Part shown: in pieces, positions 1-9,695 of the stretch
Layout: each line of letters opens with the position of its first letter
How positions within the stretch are numbered: position 1 is the stretch's first letter
Assembly: GCA_001567115.1 (NCBI GenBank)
Contig: LMZT01000178.1
Span: 4,472-68,471, forward strand
DNA from: Candidatus Hinthialibacteria bacterium OLB16
GTDB lineage: Bacteria; Hinthialibacterota; Hinthialibacteria; OLB16
Length of the DNA: 64,000 nt
Reading direction: 5' to 3'
The notes under the pieces: generated by a model
Told to the model about the DNA's origin: nothing
The model's database searches: none
Seen by the model: the letters and a program-made list of their open reading frames with translations, nothing else
Translations under genes and position numbers: made by a program

Positions 1-574
1 TTTCCTGGCGCTCCCGATACCACTCCGGTGCGACCTGAACCGCTGGTCCATATTCCACGACTTCAATCCCATCCACGATGATCTTCTGGAATCCACCCGC
101 TGTAATCCTCCGGAATTCGAGCTCACCAATGCCTACCATGAAAGCGATACGGGGATCCGCCAGAACCTCACTCCAATCCGCTCTTTCCAGCATGGCTTTG
201 AACAAAGCGGGAGAGGATTCGAAACACCACAAAGCTCCGACTTTTTCACGATACAGGTCCAGAAATGCCTTGAGCGGGTATCCAAGTCCCAGGCCGAACA
301 GGGCAACCGACTGGGATGGGTTCATTTTGAGTTCCTGCGCCCACAGCATGGCATCGCGCCGGGGATCCCGGCTGCTGTGGATCCTTTTGGTCGTCCCATC
401 TGGATGGACGAAAGCGGCTGTGAGATCCCCATTCGATGCAGGTATAATGCGGACTTGTGCATCCGCAGCAAGATTCTGGATCAGTTCGGCCAGCCGGGCA
501 TCCCTCTTTTCAAGGGCAGCGAGATTCTTCAGCAGGAAGGATTCACCAGTCATCATGGCCATATCGCCCGTCAT
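1..574 (-). CDS. DUF115/MptE-like (motility-associated-factor type) protein, N-terminal part; the 3' end runs off the window
   Basis: Not in the ORF track because there is no stop in the window. My translation of the minus strand from the ATG at 574 gives MTGDMAMMTGESFLLKNLAALEKRDARLAELIQ...RIHSSRDPRRDAMLWAQ...FGLGLGYPLKAF. This N-terminal pattern is typical of DUF115/Maf-type proteins. The ATG overlaps the pdxB stop (ATGA). Confidence 0.5.
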   Translation of the reverse strand, partial: MTGDMAMMTGESFLLKNLAALEKRDARLAELIQNLAADAQVRIIPASNGDLTAAFVHPDGTTKRIHSSRDPRRDAMLWAQELKMNPSQSVALFGLGLGYPLKAFLDLYREKVGALWCFESSPALFKAMLERADWSEVLADPRIAFMVGIGELEFRRITAGGFQKIIVDGIEVVEYGPAVQVAPEWYRERQE

Positions 575-1734
575 TTCTCCCGGGATAATTCGGCATGAAA
601 ACCAAGACTGCGGAGAACCGTTATGTCCGATTCTCTGAGGACAGGACCAGCGATTGAATAATTTCCAAATTCACGCCGTATGGGATAGTCTTTTCGCAAC
701 CGGTCGAATGCTAAACCGAGCGGGTCTCCGGAAAGCCTCAGCAGGGTGCGCATCCGGGCATCATCCTCCAGGATGGGACAGGCTCCCACAACTGCTTCCC
801 GGATGGCCTGTCTTCCGCAGGAATCCACCTGAATCACCGGTTGGGATGGTTTTTCAACCCAATTTTCATCCCATGTGAATGGGTGGCCAGTAAATCTGGC
901 GAGGGCTTCGGCCATCATGCGTGTTCCGGCGACTTTGCCATCATACGAATATCCTGCGATGTGGGGAGTCGCAATGAATACCCTTTCGAGCAGCTGGTGA
1001 TTGGGTTTCGGCTCGCCTTCCCACACATCGAGAACCACCGGACCCAGGGAATGATTTCCGATTCTGCCAAGAAGCGCTTTCCCTTCGATGACACTCCCTC
1101 GTGAGGTGTTGATGACCACTGCGCCCGCCTTGAGTGAAGCGATATTGTCTGAAGACAGGAGATGGTATGTGGGATGAGGTCCTTCACGAGTCAGGGGTGT
1201 ATGGAAGGTCACCACATCGGATTGATCCAGGATTGTTTCCAGGCTGACAAAATCTTTCAGCCCTTCTTTTTCCACCCGCGGGGGGTCACAGCACAGAACT
1301 TTCATCCCAAGTATTCGGGCATATTGGACCACCCGCGAGCCGACATTTCCCACGCCAACCACGCCCAGAGTCTGCCCTTCGACAGAGATTTGCCGCATTG
1401 ACTCAATTTCGAGCAGGGCGGCAACCACATACTCGGCCACCGAGCAGGCATTGCACCCGGCCGCATCGGCAAAGGCAATCCCGGCCTGCCTGAGCCACTC
1501 AAGGTCGATATGGTCTGTCCCGATGGTTGCGGTTCCGACAAACCTGATGCGTGATCCCTCAAGCAGGGATCGATCCACACGGGTGATCGATCGAACCAGG
1601 AGAGCATCCGCATCCTGAATTGACGCTGAGGAAATCTCCCTTCCAGGAGCCAGGCGAATCTCCCCAAAACAACCGAGAACCTCTTGAGCAAGCGGAATAT
1701 TCTGATCGACAAGGAGACGAAGCGGGGAGTCCAT
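571..1734 (-). CDS. pdxB: 4-phosphoerythronate dehydrogenase
   Basis: 387 aa. The N-terminus LLVDQNIPLAQEVLG..., the D-2-hydroxyacid dehydrogenase NAD fold (GVVGVGNVGSRV) and the length all match PdxB. Confidence 0.8.
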   Translation of the reverse strand: MDSPLRLLVDQNIPLAQEVLGCFGEIRLAPGREISSASIQDADALLVRSITRVDRSLLEGSRIRFVGTATIGTDHIDLEWLRQAGIAFADAAGCNACSVAEYVVAALLEIESMRQISVEGQTLGVVGVGNVGSRVVQYARILGMKVLCCDPPRVEKEGLKDFVSLETILDQSDVVTFHTPLTREGPHPTYHLLSSDNIASLKAGAVVINTSRGSVIEGKALLGRIGNHSLGPVVLDVWEGEPKPNHQLLERVFIATPHIAGYSYDGKVAGTRMMAEALARFTGHPFTWDENWVEKPSQPVIQVDSCGRQAIREAVVGACPILEDDARMRTLLRLSGDPLGLAFDRLRKDYPIRREFGNYSIAGPVLRESDITVLRSLGFHAELSREK

Positions 1735-1846
1735 GAATCAAAACACCTTAATGTCTGAGATAAGCGGAATGAATCCCTTCCGTTGACAGTGAAGAAGCCC
1801 ACCGTATAATTTCGTAAATGTATCTAAATTCTAATTCAGAGGTTCC

Positions 1847-3547
1847 ATGTTAACAGACCAGGTGTTCGAAATCCTCCTTGATGGCTTGAATTTTATTCTT
1901 GTTTTGGGAATAGCGGTTGTTATTCATGAAGCAGGGCATTTCATTGTGGCGCGCCTTTCCGGAATCCGGGTCGAGAAGTTTTCGATCGGATTCGGAAAAC
2001 CACTCGCCAGCATTCGCCGTGGCGAAACAGAGTATATCCTCGCCCCGATTCCAATGGGGGGTTATGTCAAACTGGCGGGAGACAACCCGGCGGAAATAAC
2101 CGGAAAACAGGATGAATTCTATTCAATTTCACCCTGGCGAAGAATTCCGACTGTCATTGCGGGTCCTGGGGCAAATATCATCGGGGCGTTCCTGATCCTG
2201 TTCAGCCTGGCCTACCTGTTTGGCACACCCTATGATTACAATATTGTTGGTTCGGTCATCCCTGGCAGCCTGGAAGCCAAAGCCGGGCTTCAGAAGAACG
2301 ATGTCCTGCTCTCGGTGAATGGCATCGAAGTCCGGACTTGGGATGAATATCTCGGCGAAATCCAGTCTTTGAGGAAATCGGGGAAAGAAGCGGCCTCGGT
2401 TGAAGTCCGGCGTGGAACCAAAACCCTTTCAGTTTCATTGCCGGTCTCGATGAAAGAGATCGATAAATGCCTGGTTCTTTCATTTGTCGATCCGGTCGGA
2501 CCTGGATTTGCCGCAGGCCTGGAGACCGGTGACCGGATTCTTTCCATTGACCACCAGTCTCCAGATACATGGTCAAAATTCCGGGAAATTACCACAAACC
2601 TCCTTGAAGAAACTCCACAGGGTCCAGTCCCCAGAACTGTTTCCCTGTCGTGGCAGAATACGAATGGTGAAATCAAATCCGCCTCGATTACTCCCGCTCT
2701 GGTCAAGAATGAGACCGGTGAACACACAGCTCTTCTGGGTGTCGGGCAGGCCGCTGTCGGGATCTCTCCCAAAGTCCCTCCTGTTGTCGGAAGGATCGCA
2801 CGCGGTTATCCGGCAGCGGATATTGACCTTCATCCCGGCGACCAGATTGTGGCGGTGAATGGGAATCTGGTGGAAACCGCTGAGGAAGTTGAGCGAGCCA
2901 TATCCTTCTCCTATAAAAAGGTTGAACCTGGCACTGAAGAAAAACCGGAGCCGATCCCGGTTGAGGTCAGCTGGATCAAGCCCAAGGGAGAGGAAGTCCA
3001 TACCGCGACCATCACCCCCCAGGTGGAAATGTCACCCTTCCGGAGCGATATCGGGCTTCAGCTGGCACGTGAATTTCCTCTCGCCCGGGTAGGGATATCT
3101 TTCGAGGAACCGACACGTGCGCTCGGTTTTATGGACAGTATCGGTGAGGCGGTCGATGAGACAATCAATGCCTGTGCGGAGACCTGGTTTGTCCTCAAGG
3201 GCCTGTTCACCGGCCAGGTCAACCACCGTCTGATTGGTGGCCCGGTCGCGATACTTCAGATTTCGGCTCGTGTCGGGAAAGAAGGGCTGCGCCGCCTGTT
3301 GTGGTTCTGCGCATTTCTTCAAGTGAACCTTGCCCTACTCAACCTGCTTCCAATTCCGGTCCTGGATGGCGGCCACCTGGTCGTCGCACTGTGCGAGGGA
3401 ATCAGCCGCAGAACCTTCTCATTGAGAACCCGGGAGGTGATTCAGTACATCGGGCTGGTCATCCTGCTGCCACTGTTCATATTTGTGTTTATCAATGATT
3501 TTGCACGCATTGGTCTGTTCAAATGGATTAAGGAGCTAATGTCTTGA
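1847..3547 (+). CDS. rseP: RIP zinc metalloprotease RseP (site-2 protease, M50) with PDZ domains
   Basis: 566 aa. HEAGHFIVARLSGIRVEKFSIGFG (HExxH), internal PDZ-like segments, and a C-terminal LNLLPIPVLDGGHL motif. Confidence 0.9.
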   Translation: MLTDQVFEILLDGLNFILVLGIAVVIHEAGHFIVARLSGIRVEKFSIGFGKPLASIRRGETEYILAPIPMGGYVKLAGDNPAEITGKQDEFYSISPWRRIPTVIAGPGANIIGAFLILFSLAYLFGTPYDYNIVGSVIPGSLEAKAGLQKNDVLLSVNGIEVRTWDEYLGEIQSLRKSGKEAASVEVRRGTKTLSVSLPVSMKEIDKCLVLSFVDPVGPGFAAGLETGDRILSIDHQSPDTWSKFREITTNLLEETPQGPVPRTVSLSWQNTNGEIKSASITPALVKNETGEHTALLGVGQAAVGISPKVPPVVGRIARGYPAADIDLHPGDQIVAVNGNLVETAEEVERAISFSYKKVEPGTEEKPEPIPVEVSWIKPKGEEVHTATITPQVEMSPFRSDIGLQLAREFPLARVGISFEEPTRALGFMDSIGEAVDETINACAETWFVLKGLFTGQVNHRLIGGPVAILQISARVGKEGLRRLLWFCAFLQVNLALLNLLPIPVLDGGHLVVALCEGISRRTFSLRTREVIQYIGLVILLPLFIFVFINDFARIGLFKWIKELMS

Positions 3548-5286
3548 GCCTGCTTGCTCGTTCTTCCGAAGCGTTTTCTCCAACACTCAAAGAGATTCCA
3601 AAAGATGCTGAAGTAGCAAGCCACATTCTCATGCTGCGTGCCGGGATGATGCGGATGCTGGCATCCGGGCTTTACACCTATCTGCCCCTTGGGTTGCGGG
3701 TGATTCAGAAGGTGGCTGATATTGTCCGTGATGAAATGAACCATTCGGGAGCGCAGGAAATCCTCATGCCGACTCTCCAGCCCGATACCCTCTGGAAGAA
3801 GACCGGGCGCTGGGATGACATGGGGCCTGAGCTGATGCGCCTGACAGATCGAAATGAGCGCGAATTCGTTCTCGGTCCAACCCATGAAGAGATTGTTACT
3901 GCCCTGGCGGCCGATGGGATCACTTCTTACCGGGAACTTCCAAAAAACCTATACCAGATTCAGACCAAATTCCGGGATGAAACACGGCCTCGTTTCGGAG
4001 TCATGCGGGCACGCGAATTTATCATGAAGGATGCGTATTCCTTCGACCGCAATGAGGATGAATGCGACCGCAACTACTGGGTCATGTATCATGCTTATGA
4101 CCGGATATTCAAACGCTGCGGTCTGGAAACCCGGGCAGTATCGGCCGATACCGGACTCATCGGCGGGAAATACTCGCATGAGTTTATGGCTCTGGCGGAA
4201 GCCGGAGAGGCTGAAATCGCCATCAGCCCCGGGACCTCCTTTGCGGTCAACCTCGAAATATGCCCGACTGTTCCCCCCACAGAAGGTAAACCCGATCCAG
4301 CCAGCCCAGCCTGCGAACCGGTCGATACACCGGGAAAAGCCACCATCGAGGAAGTCACAAAGTTCCTGTCAAAAAAATCCACCGAGCTGGCGAAGACCAT
4401 CCTGTTCCAGGGCCAGGACAAAGTGGTGGCAGTTCTGGTACGCGGGGACCGCGAAGCCAATCCTGTCAAAGTCGGGAGAGAAATGGGATGCCTGGTGGAC
4501 CTTGCACCTGCAGATACGGTGACAAGACTGACACGAGCTGCTGTGGGTTATGCCGGCCCGGTTGGCCTCGATCCGGGTGTGGAAATCTGGGCTGATTATG
4601 AAGTTATGGCTATGCCCGAAATGGTGACTGGCGCCAACCAGACAGACAGGCACTTTGTTCATGTGGTTGCAGGAAGGGATTTCAAACCCAGCCGTGTCCT
4701 GGATCTGCGGTGGGCGGTGGCGGGCGATGCGTGCGAAGCCGATCCAGCCCGCTCCATCGAGATTGTCCGGGGAATCGAAGTCGGACAGGTATTCAAGCTG
4801 GGAACCAAGTACAGCACCTCGCTGAATGCCACATTCCAGGATGAAGATGGCGGACAGAAGCCCATGATCATGGGTTGTTACGGGATTGGGGTCACAAGGA
4901 CTGTCGCCGCAATCATCGAGCAGCATCATGACGATAAAGGGATCTGCTGGCCGGCAACCGTCTCACCTTATGATGTCCATGTATTGTCTCTGGGAGCACA
5001 TCTGGCCGAAGTTGTGCGTGCCTGTGACAAGCTGGCAGAGCAGCTGGTTCAGGCTGGACTGGATGTTCTGTATGATGACAGAGAGGAACGCCCAGGAGTC
5101 AAATTCAAAGATGCCGATCTGATCGGCATTCCTGTTCAGGTTTCGATTGGCCAGAAATCTCTGGCGCGTGGTGTGTGCGAATTAACCTGCCGTGAGACAG
5201 GAAACCGAATCGAAGTCCCGTTGGATGAGGCGGTCGAAAAGATTCTTGCTGCCCGGCAGGAAGAATTGAAACGTTGGAACCAATAA
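3544..5286 (+). CDS. proS: Proline--tRNA ligase
   Basis: 580 aa. TLKEIPKDAEVASHILMLRAGMMR...YTYLPLG, class II aaRS motifs and an editing-domain insertion. The TTG start overlaps the rseP stop. Confidence 0.93.
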   Translation: MSLLARSSEAFSPTLKEIPKDAEVASHILMLRAGMMRMLASGLYTYLPLGLRVIQKVADIVRDEMNHSGAQEILMPTLQPDTLWKKTGRWDDMGPELMRLTDRNEREFVLGPTHEEIVTALAADGITSYRELPKNLYQIQTKFRDETRPRFGVMRAREFIMKDAYSFDRNEDECDRNYWVMYHAYDRIFKRCGLETRAVSADTGLIGGKYSHEFMALAEAGEAEIAISPGTSFAVNLEICPTVPPTEGKPDPASPACEPVDTPGKATIEEVTKFLSKKSTELAKTILFQGQDKVVAVLVRGDREANPVKVGREMGCLVDLAPADTVTRLTRAAVGYAGPVGLDPGVEIWADYEVMAMPEMVTGANQTDRHFVHVVAGRDFKPSRVLDLRWAVAGDACEADPARSIEIVRGIEVGQVFKLGTKYSTSLNATFQDEDGGQKPMIMGCYGIGVTRTVAAIIEQHHDDKGICWPATVSPYDVHVLSLGAHLAEVVRACDKLAEQLVQAGLDVLYDDREERPGVKFKDADLIGIPVQVSIGQKSLARGVCELTCRETGNRIEVPLDEAVEKILAARQEELKRWNQ

Positions 5287-5332
5287 AGGACAATACCGGG
5301 CAATCTGAATCTGTCAAAGGCCCGAAAAACTC

Positions 5333-5668
5333 ATGCTCTACCAGATGCGAAACATAGATGGCTCCATGGTGGTCGAAGTGACCGGTGAATTGGATGTTGC
5401 CGGCTCAGCTGAATTGACCGAATTCATAAACAATACTTTGAAGAAATTCCCGAAACGAGTGATTCTGAACCTCGATGGTGTGGGATACATGGCTTCCAGC
5501 GGACTGGCCATGCTGGTCGCGGTTCTCAAGAAATCACGCGAAATGCGGGTGATGTTTGGCATCTGTGGCTTATCGCCAGTTGTCCGCCACTCCATCGAAG
5601 TTACCGCCCTCCATGAGATATTGCCGATTTTTTCGGATGTCACCGAAGCAATCCGAAAACTGGCTTGA
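5333..5668 (+). CDS. STAS-domain anti-sigma-factor antagonist (SpoIIAA-like)
   Basis: 111 aa. The LDGVGYMASSGLAMLV motif carries the phosphorylatable Ser typical of the STAS/SpoIIAA family. Confidence 0.75.
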   Translation: MLYQMRNIDGSMVVEVTGELDVAGSAELTEFINNTLKKFPKRVILNLDGVGYMASSGLAMLVAVLKKSREMRVMFGICGLSPVVRHSIEVTALHEILPIFSDVTEAIRKLA

Positions 5669-5744
5669 ACTTCCGGGAGATTGCTCCCGGTATTCTTGGT
5701 TTTAGTGTTCATGCTCTGTGCCATCACTCGAGGAGGTGCATCTT

Positions 5745-8136
5745 ATGAAATCATTTTTATTATTATCCTGCAGCTGCTGCCTGCTTGCTGTTTACGCACT
5801 GGCCAATACCTTGGATCAACCCATTCAGCAGGATCTTTCCAAAGCTGTGGTAGTTCTCCCGCATGGCGAGGTTCCCTCTTCGATGAGTGCCGCGGCAGAA
5901 ATGCTGTCGATAGAAACCGGGAAGCGCTGTGGAAAACCTCTCGCCATCAAGACCGGCAACGATGCAGCTGCCTCTGTGCCGCGGATCATCCTCACCTTGC
6001 GGGATCAGATCGAAAAGAACCACCCCGATGCACCTGCTGAAATCCTGTCAGGGACCGGAACATCTCAGGCTGAAAAAATTTCAGATCGTTTCTCATCAAT
6101 CGACACCCGAGGTGTGGATTGTCGGCGATGATGGCAGAGGGGTGCTGGCAGGTGCAGGCTATCTGCTGCGAAAGATGGCCTGGAAAAATGGCCAGGCCTT
6201 ATTTCCAGTGCCGTTTGAGTTTTCATCCAAACCAGTCCTGTCACCCCGCGGGCATCAGATTGGTTTCCGCCCCAGGGCCAACAGCTGGGATGCCTGGACG
6301 ACAGAGCAGATGGAAACATATATCCGTGAAATGGTCATTTTCGGAGCCAATGCCATCGAAAACATCCCTTTCCAGGATACCGACCCCTCGCCCTTGATGC
6401 GCGTTTCCCGTGAGGACATGAACAAGGAAATGAGCCGGATCTGTGCAAAATATGGAATCGAATACTGGGTCTGGACACCAGCGGAATTTCCACTTGACGA
6501 TCAAGCCAAAAGAGATGAACTGCTCGAGGAGCATGAGGCTTTTTATCAATCCATCCCACGATTGGATGGTGTGTTTGTTCCCGGGGGTGATCCCGGAGAC
6601 AATCCGCCCAACCTGGTGCTTGCGCTTCTGAAAGATCTCTATGAAAGACTCCACCGGTATCACCCCGAAGGAGGGGTATGGATGTCGATGCAGGGATATG
6701 ACCCGAAAGAAGTGGACCAGGTTCTGGAATACCTGCGCCTTGAAAAGCCGGATTGGATTCGAGGGATTGTTGCGGGTCCATCCAGCCCTTCCATCCCAGA
6801 AATTCGCCGGCGCCTCCCGGAGAAATATCTCATACGCGATTACCCGGACATCACTCACACAGTCCGCTGCCAATACCCTGTCCCCTGGTGGGACAATGCT
6901 TATGCACTCACACTGGGACGGGAGTGCATCAACCCGAGGCCTGTTTTTTACACACGAGTGGTTCGATATCTGACCCCGTTTCTCAATGGGTTCATCTCCT
7001 ATTCGGATGGGGTCCATGATGATGTAAATAAAGCCCTCTGGAGTTTGCTGGGCTGGGATCCCAACCTGACTGAGAGAGAAATCCTGAAAGACTACGCCAA
7101 TTTCTTTTTTGGAACTGATGTGGCAGAAAAGGCAGCGGATGGAATCTTCGCGCTTGAAAGAAACTGGGATGGAGTCCTGCTGAAAAATGGATCGGTGGAT
7201 GCCACCCAGGCTTACTGGAAATCGCTTGAGGACCAGAACCCACAACTGGGTGATAACTGGCGTTGGCTGATGCTGGTGTTCCGTGCGCACTATGATTATT
7301 ACATCCGCCACCGCCTGATCTTTGAAACCGATCTCGAGAATCAGGTCAACCATCTGCTCGCACAGGCTCCCCAGCTGGGTTCGGAATCAGCCATGAACCA
7401 GAGTGAAAGAGTTCTGAAAAGGCAGGATACTGAAACACCCAATCCGGATATCCGCAAACATATCGATGAACTGGCGGAAAAGCTGTTTCAGACAATCCAG
7501 CTTCAAACCAGTGTCCCGAAGTACAAGGCCAGCGGCGCTGAGCGTGGTGCGTCCATGGATTTCATCGACCGCCCCATCAACAACCGTTGGTGGCTCGAAG
7601 ATGAGTTTAAAGCCATTCGTGCCATGCCCAATGAAGCCGACCGCCTGGCGCGCCTCAAAATTATCGCTGAATGGGAGAATCCGGGTGAGGGCAGCTTTTA
7701 TGATGATGTCGGTGAGCTCGGGAAGTCCGAGCATGTTGTCATGGGTGAGAGTGTCAACACCGACCCGACCATGGAGCGAAATCCGCCGCCGACATATCTC
7801 TGGTGGGACAGCGGCATGAGCCGCCGCCGGCTTTCGTGGCCATCATTCCTGGACTGGCCGAATGCCATGCGTTATGAAGGGCTGGATCCGCAGGCTCATT
7901 ACACCATACGGATCACCGGCCAGAAAGACTGCTTCCTGCGAATCGATGGGAAGCCCGCCCTCCCAAGCCGTTACTCAACAAACATCGGTGAATTTAAAGA
8001 GTTCCCGGTTCCGCAAAAGGATCTGAAAGATGGGGTTCTGATTCTGACCTGGGATCCCATGGATGAGGAGATGCTGAACTGGCGTCAACGGTCTCATTTA
8101 TCGGAGGTCTGGCTGCTCAAAAACAATAACCACTGA
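5745..8136 (+). pseudogene. Exported glycoside-hydrolase-like protein, frame broken at an A6 run (6073-6078)
   Basis: A GGAGG RBS precedes the ATG at 5745, and the signal peptide MKSFLLLSCSCCLLAVYA lies in the frame of ORF 5718..6131. The body (ORF 5929..8136) is in the next frame. Removing one A joins ...GTSQAEK to FQIVSHQSTPEVWIVGDDGRGVLAGAGYLL. The family is not assigned. Confidence 0.6.
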
Positions 8137-8439
8137 CCACCCGAAATGACTGGGCCGGGCACAGCGCCGCAAGGTTATCCTGAGTGAAAAAGCATGATTT
8201 TCTGAGATCAAAAGCTTGACCTCTGCAAACAGGGATGATAGCGTTATTCAACGTTGGTCGAAAATCAGGTTCATTGTTGAAAGTGAAGTTCTCCTTGAAT
8301 CCTTCCCCAAAGAGTTGAATACCCTGAAGCAGGTTGTAATTCATATTGAATAATCCGATGGGTTCATGCACATGCGAGTATTCCTTTTCAACTGCATCCT
8401 TCGTTTTCAAAACTGACCAGGAAAGAAGGTGACAATCCA

Positions 8440-8640
8440 ATGGAATCAGGAACCGTCAAATGGTTTAACGACAGCAAAGGTTATGGCTTCATCGCTCGCC
8501 AGGGGGGTGAGGATGTTTTCGTCCACCACACCATGATCCTCGGAGATGGCTATAAGTCACTGACTGAAGGCGATAAGGTCGAGTTTGAAGTCACCGAAGG
8601 GAAGAAAGGCTTCCAGGCCTGCAATGTCCGCAAGCTCTAA
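8440..8640 (+). CDS. cspA: Cold-shock protein (CspA family)
   Basis: 66 aa. [15 protein letters not shown] and DVFVHH are the RNP1 and RNP2 motifs. Confidence 0.95.
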   Translation: MESGTVKWFNDSKGYGFIARQGGEDVFVHHTMILGDGYKSLTEGDKVEFEVTEGKKGFQACNVRKL

Positions 8641-8722
8641 GAATTTCTTTCAGCTGCACAGCCACCGAATTCAAAGCCCCGTCAGGAAAGACCTTCCCGG
8701 CGGGGCGCATTAATTTTGCACA

Positions 8723-9686
8723 ATGCCATCCAATGCCCGGGATCTGATCCTCTCCTGGTTCAAAGAGCACGGTTTCGATCGGGCGGGGTGTGCCCGGGTG
8801 TCTTCAGTCAATGCCTCCACAAAAGCGGCTTACCTGTCCTGGCTGGATCGGGGATATCAGGCTTCGATGGGTTACATGACCCGGAATGTCGATAAACGCC
8901 TCGACCCATGCCTGCTTCTTCCCGGAGCGAAATCAGTTCTGGTCGGATTGTCCAATTACTGCACCCCCGGCAGACCTCCGTCAAACCAGCCTGGCAAAGT
9001 GGCAATGTATGCCGGGCAACGCGATTACCATAAGACCCTGAAGAAAGGGCTTAAGAAGATCGCAGACCGGATCCGAGCCGAATTTCCTGAAGCTGACACA
9101 TGGATCGGAGTGGATACCGCTCCTCTTCTCGAACGATACTGGGCGCAACAGGCAGGACTGGGATGGATTGGAAAAAACACACTCCTGATTAACCGCAGCC
9201 TCGGATCCTGGACATTCATCGGATGCCTGCTGACAACTCTCGAAATCGAACCGGATCCTCCCTATGGAGATTATTGCGGGAGCTGCACACGCTGCCTCTC
9301 CGCCTGCCCTACGGGTGCTTTTGTCGAACCACATGTTCTGGACAGCAGGAAATGCATCAGTTACTGGACCATCGAGCATCGCGGTGAATTTGAACAGAAC
9401 ACTTTTCCAGGCACACATGGCTGGATCTTCGGATGCGATGACTGCCAGACTGTGTGCCCGTGGAACCGCTTCACAAACCCTACAGGCCAGCCTGATTTTC
9501 AACCAATCCCCTGGACCCGGCCGCCACGTCCTTTTAGAGTGGCTCCAGTGGACACCCGAAGAATGGGAGCAGGCGGTGACCGGCACCGCGCTCAGGAGAA
9601 CCGGTTATGAAGGGTTTAGACGGAACTGCCAGTCGGTTCTGGATCAAGCCGGAACCAGTTCTCAGCCGGAGGCCACAACCGCATAA
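8723..9686 (+). pseudogene. queG: tRNA epoxyqueuosine(34) reductase QueG, frame broken near 9505-9530
   Basis: ORF 8723..9610 carries the 4Fe-4S motifs (CGSCTRCLSACPTGAF, CDDCQTVCPWNRF). The conserved C-terminus LLEWLQWTPEEWEQAVTGTALRRTGYEGFRRN lies in the frame of ORF 9264..9686. Confidence 0.8.
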
Positions 9687-9695
9687 TCCGGAATC

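Noticed and set aside
78-638. ORFs 78..638 + (186 aa) and 377..598 + at the left edge.
   Set aside because: They are antisense to a much more convincing minus-strand reading frame, the DUF115/Maf-like N-terminus that is translationally coupled to pdxB. The plus-strand translations have no recognisable features.
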